Below, piece by piece: positions 12,351 through 26,033 of a DNA stretch of 64,000 nucleotides. The stretch's first letter is position 1; every line of letters begins with the position of its first letter. Both the position numbers and the translations under genes were made by a program. The stretch lies in NCBI GenBank assembly GCA_964270895.1, contig OZ185445.1; one strand, given 5' to 3'. The stretch is from Podarcis filfolensis. Lineage: Eukaryota. Below the pieces are notes generated by a model. It was not told the origin of the DNA. It saw only the letters and a program-made list of their open reading frames with translations, and searched no databases.

Positions 12351-15300
12351 CGGCTCCGGGTTTGTGTGGCGGTGCCGTCGCTGTCTCAAGCCCTCCCATG
12401 TCTTCTGCTCCCCGTGTAACTCAGGGCAAACAAGAACCTTTCTCAAACATATTAGTTAATGGGGCGAAAAGAGGAGCGGGGGAGGGAGCGAGAAAACGAT
12501 GGGAACCCTCAGACTTGATCCCTCAGCTTGGAAGGGAAGGGAGGCTGCCTGGAGAGAATGGGAATGTGAAAACAGCTAAAAAAGGGGGGTGCTCTGAAGT
12601 AAAGCATTTCTTGTCCAGGAATCACTTCCATTGGTTTTTTGGGGGAGGTGTCCCTCCCCCTAAAACAGGGGGGGAGTGTCCTAGAACACTGTTTTCTCTG
12701 TGTCTGTGGGGAGCTGGCAATCATATTTGGCACCTCCTCTTATTTTATTATTATTTTTTACTTATTTCATTGAAAATACACGCCTGTTTGGCCAGGCCCC
12801 CAGAAAGGCTCTTTCTATCTTGAAAAATATCCACAGGCCGTTTCTTTTTCCGGCGCGGCTGCAGGTGTGTTCTCTTTCCGCATCCATCCCCAAGTCCCCA
12901 AGACCCTTTCCCCCTCCTCCCATTTTTATTGCAACTCTTTCCCTAATTTAATTTTGTTGTTGTTACGAAAAAAAGGGAAAGAAACCCAGATGTGTGGGGT
13001 TTTTTTATGGCTCGAGCCTCGTCTCGGCTGGTGCTGCGAAGGCTCTAATGCGCCCGGGCTACTAGTCACTGAGCAAAGCGCAGGGCGCCGTTGGCTCCTT
13101 TCCAACAGAGTTGGTCATAAAACAAGATGTGGGGAGAAGGGAGGGTGGAATTAACATCTGCTTTTCTAAACTCAAATATGTCAAGGAGCTTTTTTATTAT
13201 GATGATCATGAATGCTTTCCTCATTTGAAGAAGAAATATGTAGAGATAAACTGACATCCACATGTATAGAGTATTTATAATGGTGTTAGGATTTAAAGGT
13301 AGCTATTCATTGCATAAGCCATTTAGAACTGACGTTTTAAAAGCTACTTAACCTCAGACATCCTTGAATCTTAGCGAAGGATTCCAAACGATATTATTTA
13401 AAGAGGAATTTGCTGTAATTTAATTGCATATCAAGGCGGAACGAGGCGCGAGCTTTGCACCTTCTGCGCTGTTTAATAGCGTTTTAACTGGCGTTTTATT
13501 CACCCACGTTCTCGGCTGCCCTCGCGTTTCCTTGGGAAGGGGCCGCTAGAAAGCGGGTCCCAAGTTAGTGGTCTCTCTCTCTGTGAGTGTGTGTGTGTGC
13601 GCGCGCGTGTGCGCGTGTTTGTTCACCATTTGCAACGGGCAGTCATCTTTGCGCCTGGAGCTTTGCCCTCTTAGGGGACACAGTTAGTACCTCGGTTCAT
13701 TAGTGCCTATTTATTATTGCTGCAAAGAGAAAATAGCATGTCAGATTCTGTGGGTGAATCGACCGTTTGCTCCCACCCTCAGATCGCTCCTCTCACCTTT
13801 CCCCCCCAAACCTGCCCACAATTCGGTAATGCCGGCATTTATTCAATCTGCCATCCACTTGAATTTCCGGGGGCCCAGGGCGCCTGACATCCCAGTCCGA
13901 TGCCCTTTTATTTACATTTCTCAGAATCCCGGAGTTAAGTCAGAGGTGTCTCTGAGTGGGGTGGGAAATCAGCTGGCATGGAACTACTGCGGCTTAATCT
14001 GGGCGAGGATCGAGCCGGGGAGGGGGGGGCTGACGTTCTCTCAATAGTACCTCGGAGGGCAGAGAGAGAGAGAAACAGGCCCCTGGCTTATTGGCGGCGG
14101 CGGTGTAAGGCATGCACCATCAACCCGGTTATGTATTTTTCTCCATCCGCTTGGAAAGAACGTGTGCATTTGGATCAGAGATCGCTGGGATGAGGAGGCA
14201 GCTGGTGACGCCCATCGTGCCAGAGCGGGTGCCCCTTGCAAAATGGCTCTCCCTTGAATACAGGCCGCCTGTGCACTGTTCCTTGGGATTAAGCCTCATG
14301 AAATTGGGAGGCGGGAGGGCGGGCTTGCTTGTGAGTAAAGGAGGGCAGCAGTAGAGATCTTGCTTTGAACCATTTCTCCGTTTGCCTGGTAGAGTGGCTA
14401 CTCCAACTCTAAAAATATCCCCAGCACACGCACACACACACACACACACGTATGGCAGCAGCTAGTCCGTAGTCTTTGCTGGCTGCTATGAAGCTGGTTG
14501 AGTGCCCCTGAGCCATCTGTAGCCTGAGCCTCCTCGAAGAGGAATCCAAGCCTTTGGACTTGAAGAGGGTTTAATTCCCTCTGGTTCACCACTGTGGCAT
14601 AACTGGGTAGATAAAAAGGGGGGGGGAGAGAGAAAAGATCCATCCTAATTCGAATCCATAGAAAGTCGGTTCGATTTGAAAACGTCTCCATGCAGTTTTC
14701 TAATCCACAAATAGGTATACTGGGGCATTCCATCCTTTCTTTAGGATGCCAGATTGAATTAAGAAAAATCATCCCACTCCCCAAAAGACTAATTCATCAC
14801 CAATCCTAGGCCCTCCATTTCTTTGGGGCATGGCTCCAGTGAGGGGGGGGTGGGGGTGCCCAGGGGTCCGCACGGCTCTCCAGGAGCCCCGGGGTCTATC
14901 CCGTCGGGGACCAGGGGACGTAGCCCGGCTTAGGATCTTCCACTGAAGGCAGCGGCGACGGCCTGAGCCTCGCTGGACGGGGATCTTGTGCCCTGAAGGG
15001 AGGGGGGCATGAGGGGGGAGCAGGGAGTGGGGAGAAAGGCTGTCGATCTGTGAGGGCAGAGGAGAGAGATTAAAGAAATGGCCCTTAGTTCTCTGAGTGA
15101 CACGGCCCCATTCAAAGGGCAAGCAGAAAGAAATGCTGCTAATATGAATAGAGGGATGCTCAAGAGCCTTGCCCCCTTTTCTTCTTTGGCTCCACTTCGG
15201 GTCGGATCCTGGGTGCATTCTTAGAGCCGTGTATACGCTATCTGGGCACACGCACTCGCGCATGGCAAAAAAGGTCTTATCGATTCGAGATCGATATTGA

Positions 15301-15661
15301 TTCGAGATCGATTGAGACCGATGTAGCTGACTGACCCTCCTACCCTCTTTCTGGCTCGGTAAGAGATTCTTCCAAATAAACGCTTTGGGTTTCTTGCGCC
15401 GGTCTGGACAACAAGTGGGAAAGGCGGGTGGAGCGGCTCTCGGAGCCCGGGGGGTCTGGCCTGGAAGATAGTGCATTTATGGGAGCCTCTCTACAAAGAA
15501 GTGCTCCGACTGATGAGGAGAGCAACCCCCACCCTTCCTTACATCTTCACTTTTGCCTTGCAGAGGGACAGTCCTCAGTTGACATCTCCAAAGTGATTAT
15601 TAGACGCCTCTGTGATAAATCAGGTTGGGGTGGGGAGTAGGGGAGTAGGAATAAGGCCAGG

Positions 15662-15663
<2 letters not shown>

Positions 15664-15695
<32 letters not shown>
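15664..15695. repeat. (CA)n microsatellite
   Basis: Perfect dinucleotide run. Confidence 0.95.
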
Positions 15696-15698
<3 letters not shown>

Positions 15699-16403
15699 GT
15701 CTGGCTAACGCTGTATGACTGCCCGATAGCCCTTTTCAATTTTTCCACCAACACCCCTGAAATAGCACATTGCCTCAACAGCCTCTCTTGTTTCTCTCTC
15801 TCTGTGTGTGCTCAGAAAAAATCTTTAAAATTCCTGTCCACGGATTTCCCTCTCCTGCCTCTCTTTCTCATCCCCCCTAGCTCCATCCCCACCCCACCCC
15901 AAAGAGCCTCGGAGCCCTTCTTCCCTGATAAGTTGTAAGAACTTTGCTTTCAAGAGTGTGAAATGAAGAACACAGACAGTATATCAGTGAAAAGAATAAA
16001 GTGGCCTTTTAATGAGAACTAAAGACAACAAAAACGTAGATGAAGTGTACCGTAAAGACTGTTTCAAAGTGCAGCTCAGTCCCCTGAGAGCAACCATCCC
16101 ATAGGCTGGGTAATTGGGACTTTACTGCACAGAGGTAAGTCAGAGTGGTAGGATTATTTTTATTTTGCTTTGTTTGTTTTGTTGTATTATATTTTTGCTT
16201 CTCAGTAATGGATCTGTTGCAAAAGAGTTTGTGCAGAGAGCATCAGGCCTTCTAGCAGATGAAGGGAGCTTTGTGTCTCTTAAAACAAATCACTCGAACA
16301 TTCTAATTTGTGAAAATTAGTATTTTCCTGCTCTTCCGCCCTGCTCCCTTTTCCCAAAGCCCGGGACCTGCGAGGTGCGCCTATATTTCTTCAAGTCAGC
16401 CTT

Positions 16404-16410
16404 TCTTTCT

Positions 16411-16450
<40 letters not shown>

Positions 16451-16452
16451 TC
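16404..16452. repeat. (TTTC)n microsatellite
   Basis: Direct reading of the sequence. Confidence 0.9.
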
Positions 16453-18579
16453 GTAATTTCCCCGCTTTCCACAGCCTTCTCTCCACCCATCCCTTCCTCA
16501 ACAAACCAGGTAACAAGAGCAATAAATCCAAGCAGGGGGGAAATAAGACAGATTTCCTCATCGATGTGTAATAAAGTTAAAGGACATTGTTTTGTCAGAC
16601 AAGCGCTAAGCAGAAAATAAATCTTAGGGTCTGGGGAAACAAAACGGAATGATGTTGGCGTGTGTGTAAATTTACTTTTAAACGCAATAAATCAATGTTC
16701 ATTTAAACAGCTGGGGAACCCCACCACGGAGCAGGTTTCATGGGTAAGAAAATCTGGACGAGAACAGGCGATAGAGATGAAACCACCCAAAGAGAGCAGC
16801 CTTCTCCCTGTCCTACACACCCCGCGCTCCCCCAATATAGTTCTCCTTTTTTCCAAGGAACTTCAAGAGCTGGACAGAGCCCGAAGGAGACAGAGCTGAT
16901 TTCAGTGGCCACCCTTCTGCCCCGTATTTCCCACGGATCTCACAGAACGGAAAGCTCAGACCTCGGGAAAAAAGAAACTAGAGGAGGAAGGGGGAAAACC
17001 CCCCTCTTTTTCCTATAGGGAGTTAGGCAAGCAAACACTAGAGCTGGTGGATCGGATCCTTGTGGTTGTTACGACGGACACGTTCTGAGACCCCTGTTAG
17101 TTTCAAGCCATGTTAATCTCAAGGATCTGAATGGCCGGGGAGAGGTGGGTGGGGAGGTTTTTTGGGAAGGATGCAAGGTTAGCTGAGATGTTGAATACTG
17201 GGCTTCTAAAAGGGGAATGTCGAAAGATGCTTGGCCAGTTGAAAGGCGAGTGGGCGCCAGAAGCCTGTTCTGAAGGGTGGGCGCATCTGGAGACAATCTT
17301 TCACAGCCCAGACACTTCACAACAACAGCACAAGAGCGACGGGTGACATTTGGGCTTCTGATACTCCGCAGGAACATTTCTCGAGCAGGTGGCAATAAAG
17401 AGCTGTGAAGGCAAAGGTGCGCCTTATTTGTCTTAGTCGCCTCTTCCCAACCCGCGACGATTTCCACGAAGCCTCGATAATGACTCTCCCTTTATTAGAG
17501 AGCCTTCCGCGCGCTTGCAGAGTGGCAACAATTTCTCTTCCTCACAGTCATTTGGTGTCTTTGTTTAATTTTGCAGAACTAATGTAAACATGGCTTGCAA
17601 ATACCCAGAGGTGGATTATTTGGTTTATTCTCTCTGCTCCCCCCCCACACACCCTTTCCTCTCCCTCCACCATCCTTTTTTTAAAAAAAGAAAGCCACAG
17701 AAGATTAATCGAACAGCAAAGATTACGAGAATGGAATATGCCCTGCCTTTGTTTTGTAGTCCTTCGAAAGCCATGCAAATACACATCGAAGGGCGTTGCT
17801 TCCCTTGAGCGACGTGGCCACCGCCTGGCATCTTAAGTTTGTGAAAATATATTACATCTATTTCACGGAGCGTTTAAACGCCTGCATTTCACCGGACCAG
17901 CGAAGCAACCAAGCAGCCACCAACCACCTTGGCTATACTGGGGTGTGGTGGAGATGCAAGGATAGAACAGTCAGGGGACCTGGTGACTTTTGTCGTTTCT
18001 GTACTGCTCAATTGACTTCTCTCACTCTTTCCCCATCCCTAAAAACGAGAGCTGGAGATAACGAGCAGAGAAAAAGTTATTAAGCGCCTGGCAGGTGCGT
18101 GTACCTCGGTTGTATACATCCCAGGGACCAGATAGTGCTAGTAATATCTGACCTTGATTAAGGGAAACCTGCCTGTCCTAATACTCAGAAGCGAAGCGCA
18201 AACGACACGGAGCCGAGTTGCTCTTTCAGAAGCAGGGAGGGAAAGGGCAGAGGCCTGCGAAACACTGAACGGAGTGCGGATTGTCTGCTGGGGGGGAGGG
18301 GGGAGCTCTGCTCAGGTGAACCTGACGAGGCAGTGTAAGTTTCCTGCTCAGTCTCTCTCTCGCTTCTCTCTCTCTCTCTCTCTCCCCCCCCCCTTTTTCT
18401 ATGACTGCCCGAAGGGCCTCGCCGATTCCTCGCCTTTGATTCTCCGTTTGTTTGCTAGATGGCGCTGTGTCTCTCAATACATTCCGATTCAGAGCTAAAA
18501 CGGCCCCTTTTCGTATATCCTCCCCCAGATAAATCAGATTACCTACCCCCGCTTCGTTCTGCGAGGAACGCACTTTAGT

Positions 18580-19560
18580 TCCAGCAAAAAAGAAAAAGTG
18601 CTATTAAATAATGTTAAGAATCATACAGAATCATCATATAAATATCCCGATTGAAATAAAAGGCAGCCTGCAAGCAAAATCTGAACTATGGCGTCTTTAC
18701 TCTCTGCCAATTCATGTTGTAATCATGTTGTAATCTACTTAATGATTTCCCTCCTTTTTGGTGGCTGGACCAAAATGTAGCTAATTTGTATTTGGGGAAA
18801 CCTAATAAAAAAAAGCAACACACAACCCGGAGATTTGATACATGTTTTCATTAGTTGCAGGCAGTGTAAATACGCACATGAGATCTAGCTTCACCAGAAA
18901 TAGAAACTGGTCGTATTAACTTAGCCTCCTTGTCACTCTTTCATGAATAGATCAAAACAATTATGAGCGATTTAAAGTGAAAATGCCACAAAATCAAATG
19001 TACGTTCTCTTTTCATCTTTTTTTTTTAAGGTTTGTAAAGCCTGGGGGTCTGTTTCTGTATCTCCTACAGTCTAAATTTATTCTGCAAAATTACCTTCCG
19101 TGTTCTAAATTTATTCATTTCATTAAAGTAAGAAAACTGTTTAGAAATTTAAAAGCCTCGGTTGTTTCTATTGATTATATGATTAGGGATTCATTATATG
19201 GAAACTCCTCTCCTTAGAAAAAGTAATCTGAAAGTTTTGTATTGACAGGTACATGTATTAGAGTATAAAGTACTTTTAATTTATTATTAATTCCAGATTT
19301 CAAATACTATTATTGTGATCATCGTTACGTTTATAGAAACAGGAAGAGCGTATTCTTAAGTGTTAAAACAGCAATGCATATTAAAGACGTTCCTTTTTCA
19401 GAAGTCATTTTGTTGCATTCTCTTTTCTGGCTCAGTTTCTCAGAAATGCAGGTCTTTAACAACAATCACTACCACAGGGGAAGAAAAATAGGCTGGTCTG
19501 GTGCGACTCGCAACATTCGATAAATTACATGGTTGTTATTTCATTTTCTCCCCTTTAGTT
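18580..19560. promoter_or_regulatory. Candidate long conserved non-coding element/enhancer
   Basis: About 1 kb AT-rich stretch with no microsatellite or TE, rich in homeodomain/FOX/SOX-like cores, embedded in the GC-rich domain. Confidence 0.4.
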
Positions 19561-22500
19561 AGAGCCTTTGTAAAATCTCAAAGTGTTAGGCTGTAACTAG
19601 GAGGCGCTGAAAACCTAAGGCGGAAAATTTACAACTTGATCAACTTCAAACCACACACACAGAGAAACACACAGACACACACACACAAGGCGCTACAGTT
19701 GCAAACATATGTTCCGGATTAAGTTAAGCAAACGGGTCTCGTTTTCCAAGGTAGAAAGCTGATAATGAAATCTTAAATGCTGCAGAGTTTGGCTCTTGTT
19801 ACGGCTTCACTTGCACCAACATGAACGAATCCCTCTACCTTTCTGGGACATTCCGGGTTTAGGTGCAGCGCCGGCAGAACCTCGCTCTGATTCTCTCCCT
19901 CCCTCCCCTAAAGCAATTCAAAGCGCACAGGTATCTCTTTCAGCAGCTGATCTCTAAAGAGCAGTGCTTTAAAGCAGGCAAGGCTCTTTCCCGTCTTTTG
20001 TGGGCCAGGCAGAACTGCCCATGGAGAAAGAAGCTGGGTTGCCTTGCTTAGTCTTAGGATATGTGCCTCCTCCTCTGAACGCTCTGGGGTCGTCAGCTTA
20101 AGCATCGTGCGGGTATGAAGGGAAGTAGAGAGTAGCAGAAAGAAACCTCTTTCAGAGAGCCGGTCCTGATGAGCAGGGAGCCACAATTATAATCGTTAAT
20201 AAGGTGGGCCGGAGTGTAGCTTCTACTCAATAAGTGTATAGAGTTCATCTGCACATCTGAGGTTCATTTCCATTGAACAGAATAAAGTTTGTCTTGTAGG
20301 GGCTGAAAGTCGAACCCATTATTACAAGGATGCTAGCGAATAAATGTGTGATATATGCATTTGTGTGTGCCTGCTCATACACACACAATCTCACACGCAC
20401 ATACTGTGGCACGTTAAAAGTAAAAAAAAAATTACTTAGGCTTGAGCACAGATAGATAAACAGGAAAATGACACGCATATATCCACAATGATTCAGTGGG
20501 AGAGAGGCGACAGAAATGTGTTCCTGAAGCAAGACAGAGCTCAGAAGCAGCATCTGCTGCCAGCCCCATGTTTTCAAAACTTCCCTAAATGTAATTACTC
20601 TTGAAAATGTTCTTTGTCAAACTCCGCTATCCCAGTGGACTGTAATGAGGACCCTGCAACTTTATCCCAGGATATTATACCCAAGGAGCTGACTATTCCT
20701 CCCCCCCAAAAAAAATACCCAGTAGGCACTTAGGACATTAATGGGTGTCTATTGATTTCCAGAAAACTCTATTGAGGAATCCTTTCATATATCTAAGATA
20801 TACACGAAACACTTTCATTTCACTAGATAGCCCAGGTAGTTTTGACGTTGACAAATGGCCAAAAGACAAGAAAAGTAATTTCAAACGACTTTGAAGGGTT
20901 ACAAGAGGTAAGAAAGGGGGGGGGAGGAGAGAGAGAGTAATATTTTTCAACGCATGTCACGAATAAGAAAAAAAGAAAATAATCACAAGGTAAACCATAG
21001 CTGGGGAAAATAATTGAGGAGCAAATAATTGAAAATGCTTTCATGTTGGACACCCAATCTCTAGTCCCTTTTCTCTTTCCCCTTTCTAAGATTCCATTAT
21101 TTTCTATATGCTTCCCATTAAAAGTTATTTTTAAGATTACTAACACGGACATGCACTCGCTAAATTGTTCAGGATATGTTCAGGATATGTATGTTCAGAA
21201 TAATGGAGGTGGGGGAGACACAAAGCAAAATTACCAGAAGAAAGAGGATTTCGTAAGAACTGAGATGAGAAGGTTTAATGCAGGATTGACAAAAGGGATT
21301 TTTTGTTAGTCAGTGAGGCTCACGCTCCGGAGAAACCTAATATCCTAATATAGATCAAAGAAAGGAGCAAATATTTAATACCGAAGGTGAGCTACCTCGA
21401 AGCACAAATCCTTCCCCCTCTTAAATATGCAGACATCTAACTTTCACTCGGCCAATTAGTTGTCAATAATAATAAGAATAACAATAATACAAAACTGGTT
21501 TATAGTAACATTGCTCACTACAGCAATGTCTGAATTATGGTCTGGAATCAATTCGGTTACTGATCAGAAAGCTATCAGTATCCACGCTATAAAATATCCT
21601 GGTTAGATAGAAGATACCACGAATTTAAAAAATAAAAATAAAATACCACGGTGATCTTCACTTTCCCCAAATCAGAAGCGTGCAACAGGTTATTCCTCTG
21701 AAAGTTTAATTCCTAACCGTTCTGCGTCGGGGTTCCCTCTTACAAAAAACGAAAGCGGCCCCCTCCGCCTACCCAGGGCCGGTTGGCTAGTTGGGGGGAG
21801 CGAGTGGACCCTTTCCTTGGACTTTTTGTGGGTGCAAATGAAGATCAAGCAGAGAAAACAGAATTCCCCCTACGAAGCTGCCCTATAGAGAACAGTGAAA
21901 ACGGTGGTGCGCGTGTGTGTGAGCCGAACCTACTACAGGTGGGTCGAGAAGAAGGGATTCCATTTAATCCATCGTAACACGGATAAGGGGTCGTGATGAC
22001 GAAAAGGGGGTTCGAGGTTTCCCTCGTGAACTTGCCGGCAAAGTTGATGCTGAAAACAGAATAATTTGACTCGGACGTTGGAGCGAACCCTTTTAATAAG
22101 CGAACTATGTTCTCCACAAGCTAGCAGAGAGAAGGCAGCGGTTTCTTTCATTTGAGGGGAGGAAAATAACCCTCAAATAACCCTGTTGTGGATATCTAAA
22201 TATCCGTTTCCATGAATCTGGCTCATGATCCGTAATAGTATTTAATATTAGTAAGAGCACTGGGCTATAACTTTGCTTTCCTAATGCCCCAAAGCCATTC
22301 CAGTAAGTTCCTCCCCAATAACTCAAAAGCAGGGAGGTCTGTAACTCCTCGCTGTCGTTGCTCAGCTGGGGCTGGGTGCATTTATATTAAGGGAAAGCCA
22401 GGAAATCCTTAGCTATCCAACTTGCTCATTCCCCCCCCTTTACCCCTTTTTTGTAATTTTGGACGGATCGGGGAAGCAAATGGGAAGGAATCGGATCTCT

Positions 22501-24639
22501 CAGCAAAAGAAGGCAGAGCGAGAACATTTTAATGAGCAGAGAGCATCTTGTTGCATTTAAATAGCGAACACGTAAATAGCTTGACTTTACAAGCTTGCAC
22601 GGCTGCAAGTTGTTTGCTAAAATGACAGGGATGTGATCAAAGAGGAAGAAAAAAGAGACATTATTTCTCTCTCTCTCTCTCTCTCTCTTTCTCCTTGCGC
22701 ATAACTTGAATTAAAGGATGCGGAGACTGAGAGAGGGCTTAAAGTCCCGACGATCACAGCAGGTGGCGGGTCTGGAAGGGGGAAGTTGAAGGGAGGTAAA
22801 GTTACGGGGTTGAGACGCGCAGACTGGCCGACCCTTTAGCAAAGCGGGGAGGGTGGAGAGGGAGAAAGGGAGGGCTGCCAGGCTCTTAGGGCTCTGGCTC
22901 TGGGGTGCCTCTCCCGAGGCTGCAATTAACCAGCTGCCTGGCAGTCAGTGGGGTTGCATCGAGTAGGCGCGCATCAAAGAAGGGAAGCGGATCTGCTTTG
23001 CAACCAACCAGGAGGACCTCAGATCCCCGCCCCCACCAGTGTCGCCTCTATAGCCAAGGGAAAGATGAAGCTCGCATGGGAAGGGGGAAATGGCATGCAC
23101 GCACCCCCGCAATGAGAGAGAGAGAGAGAGAGAGAGGAGGAGGAGGAGGTCTGGTTCTGGGCAAAGCTGGAAACCAAGGATGGGCAATGCGGGAATCTTG
23201 GCGGAAGGAGCTTAGGGAGAGGACAGAGGATGAAAACGAAATCGGGGGCCTGCGGGCAGTGGCATCAGACCAGGGCAGTGGAATCGGACCAGAAGAGCAC
23301 ATGAGGTGGAAAGTCCTGAGAAGGGGGCATAAATGCATGGTTAACTCTCCCCGCTTCAAGGGAGATGAGAGGAAGCGCGGAGCAGGCGGGATTCAGGATA
23401 CAAAAACGTCGTCTCTGAGAGCGAGGTCTTCCGCAGCCTGCTCCAGGCTTGGGCTGAACGAGGCAAGGAGAGGCTTGTTTAGGGCGAGGGCAGCTCAGAA
23501 CTAGGAGCTGTCCATGGTGCTACAGAGAGTGGCTGGCGCAAACCCAGCTCCGCTCCGCTTTTTCGGGTTCCCTGGCAGAGAGACTGTCACAGCCTCAGTT
23601 GCTCTATCAAGGGGTTCCCAATTCGCATCCCCACCCCAGCCTGGTAAAAGTTTGGACACCTTCCCGCGGCTGACATGGTTTCTCTATTTTCTAAATCTTA
23701 ACAGCCCAACTTGGGAGGCTCAGAAAACACCCGTATCATAACTTCCCACCCACTTTGGAAGCTGAAGGACTGAGTCGTTATCTTCCAACTTGCTTCCAAG
23801 TAGCAGATTAACATGGAAACCTGATCCTGATTCTTTAACACACTGAGTTTTAAGGAAAAGCAAGGGTGGAATGAGCGATTAAGCAGGGCTAAACCCAGGG
23901 TTCCAGGGTTCCAGATTTCTTAGGTATCCTTTAAAGTGGCTTTAAGATGTGCAGACAGAGATGCCCGAATGAACACATGGTCAGCGATCCATTAAGAAGT
24001 TATTACGTCTTTCTTTATCCTCTCTTTTCTAGTCTCTCTCTCTTTTAGCAGGAAAACTACTCTGATTTGTGCCAAAGACCAGGAAAGTCGCATAGGAGTT
24101 AAATCGACGTTACTAATTAACAGGCTCTCAAGGTTCTCCTAGTTAGAAGAATTAATTAGGATGCAAAAGTAAACTTTTGCACCTATATTTAGGAAACGGA
24201 AAGTGAATCAACCAACTGGTTAATAACTGAGGGACAAGCCCAAGCTTTTTTAAAGAACAAAAAAGTTCGAGGAGAAAGAGGAGGTCCGCGTGCGCACCCA
24301 GCCTCCAAACACTTGCACGTGAAGGTATTAGATACGATGTTACCCGCAAGATGCTTCTTAACTTGTCTTAAGTAGGAGTAAATCGCAGGTGGAACTGGGT
24401 CGAAATTAAGACTGGTGTGCGCTCCTTCTGGGTCTACGGAACCCGTTCAAGGAATTCATTAAACGCAGAAGCAAAGAAACATCTCTCATATTTTACTCTT
24501 TGTTCAATCGAGGTGATCCGAAGGGGTAGTAGACATTGCACTGGGTCGAAGCCCTGCTCTACCGTTCCCCCACAGGGAGAATTCGAAAGCAAAAGTTAGA
24601 CGATGGGCGTGAGATGGGCTTTTTGGGAGGGGGCAGAAG

Positions 24640-25330
24640 GGATTATGCGGAAGGAAAAGTGAAAAGTCCCGTCCCCCCGCTAGCCAAGCAGGGCCTTTCC
24701 TTTCAAGCCTCGCGGGTCCAGCCTGGAGTGGCGAGCCGGGAACTGCTAGCCTGTCGTTCTTGTCACCTGACCTCAACAGAGACTCAGGCATGTCGGGGCT
24801 GCAGGGAGAGCCTGGGAGGCAGGACCCTCTCATGGGGAGGCTAGCAAAACCTCGGCCGTCGGGGCGAGCGATCTGCTCCCTTTCCCCCAGGAAGCCGGGC
24901 CAGAGGCAGAGGGAACCAGAGGCAGGCTCTGGCCCTGAGCTCTCCAGAGCGGTCCCCCTTCCTGCCGCGAATATTCGCCTGTTGGCTTCTCCCTCTCCAG
25001 TTCCCTGCGCTTCTTTTGAAGTTTCCCTCTTGTGAGGAGGAATGTCAGACGTTACTCCTCCAGCTGAGAGAGCCCCCATTCGCCGGGGAGGTGAAGAGGC
25101 GAGGGCTTTTCTCTCCTTCTTCCCCCAGATTATTCTCATTTGATGCTCTGAAGGGGAAGAAGGCGATCACCGGCCTTTTCATCCAGCTCTCGTGGCGACT
25201 CCGGCCAAACCACCGCGGCTCCTTCCTGGGCCCAGAGGCTGCCTTGGCGGCGAGACAGGCACAACTCCTGTCGGCTCCAAATGTCCAGCCTGCGCTCTTG
25301 CTCGAGGCTCGGGCTTAATCGTCCTCAGCC
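24640..25330. promoter_or_regulatory. CpG-rich island-like segment
   Basis: High GC and frequent CpG by inspection. Confidence 0.35.
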
Positions 25331-25960
25331 GAAGCTGTCAGGAAGCGAATGCTTAGTAAAGATCAGGAGAAATGTCCTACTTTCTCATCCCTTCGCCTCA
25401 TTTTAGTTTTAAGTCACTTGCAGAAGAAGGACTCCGAATTCAGTTCCCCCAATGAAGGGGGACCAGCAGACCCCCAGGATGGGTTTCCTGCTCCGAGCTC
25501 AACTCCCACCCCCAGCCCCGCGACACACACTTTCCCCATTTTACCCCACAGGAATTTCCCGCCTGTTCTGCAGCCTCCTCAGTCAAGTGGGTGTTTTTTC
25601 TCTCGCCTGTCCTTCTGGCTTGTGATCACTCCTAAATCCATTCTTCGCTCCAACCATGCACGTTGATCACATTCCAAAATGATGGGGCCTCCCACGGATT
25701 TGGGTGCATTCAAGGACCAGAACAAATCCCGTTGCGAGGCTGGGGGTGATTAAGGTCGTCTTTACGTTTATTTAATTTTAAATATGATAGATCGATAGAT
25801 TAGATGGCTTATACCCTCCCACCCCATCACTGATAAATGGAAGGAAAGCGGGATCCCACCTTTAAACCCATGAGTTGTATATGGGAAGCAAACAACACGA
25901 ACAATCCTATTTGGGGATCCGAGTGGGTCTGTGGGCCCTTTCTTGTTGCGAATGTGATTT

Positions 25961-26033
25961 AGGCTGCAATCCCGGACCCACTTTACCGGGAGTAAGCCCC
26001 GCTGAACGCTCAACATACACGTATAGGATTGCC
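25961..26033. mobile_element. Short palindromic squamate repeat (MITE-like)
   Basis: aggctgcaatccc...gggagtaagccccgctgaac...ataggattgc; termini are inverted complements. Confidence 0.6.

Noticed and set aside
14769-15476. 235-aa minus-strand ORF
   Set aside because: No domain or codon-level signal; GC-rich non-coding sequence
22905-25139. ORFs of 199 aa (+) and 211 aa (-)
   Set aside because: No similarity to known families; contain translated simple repeats
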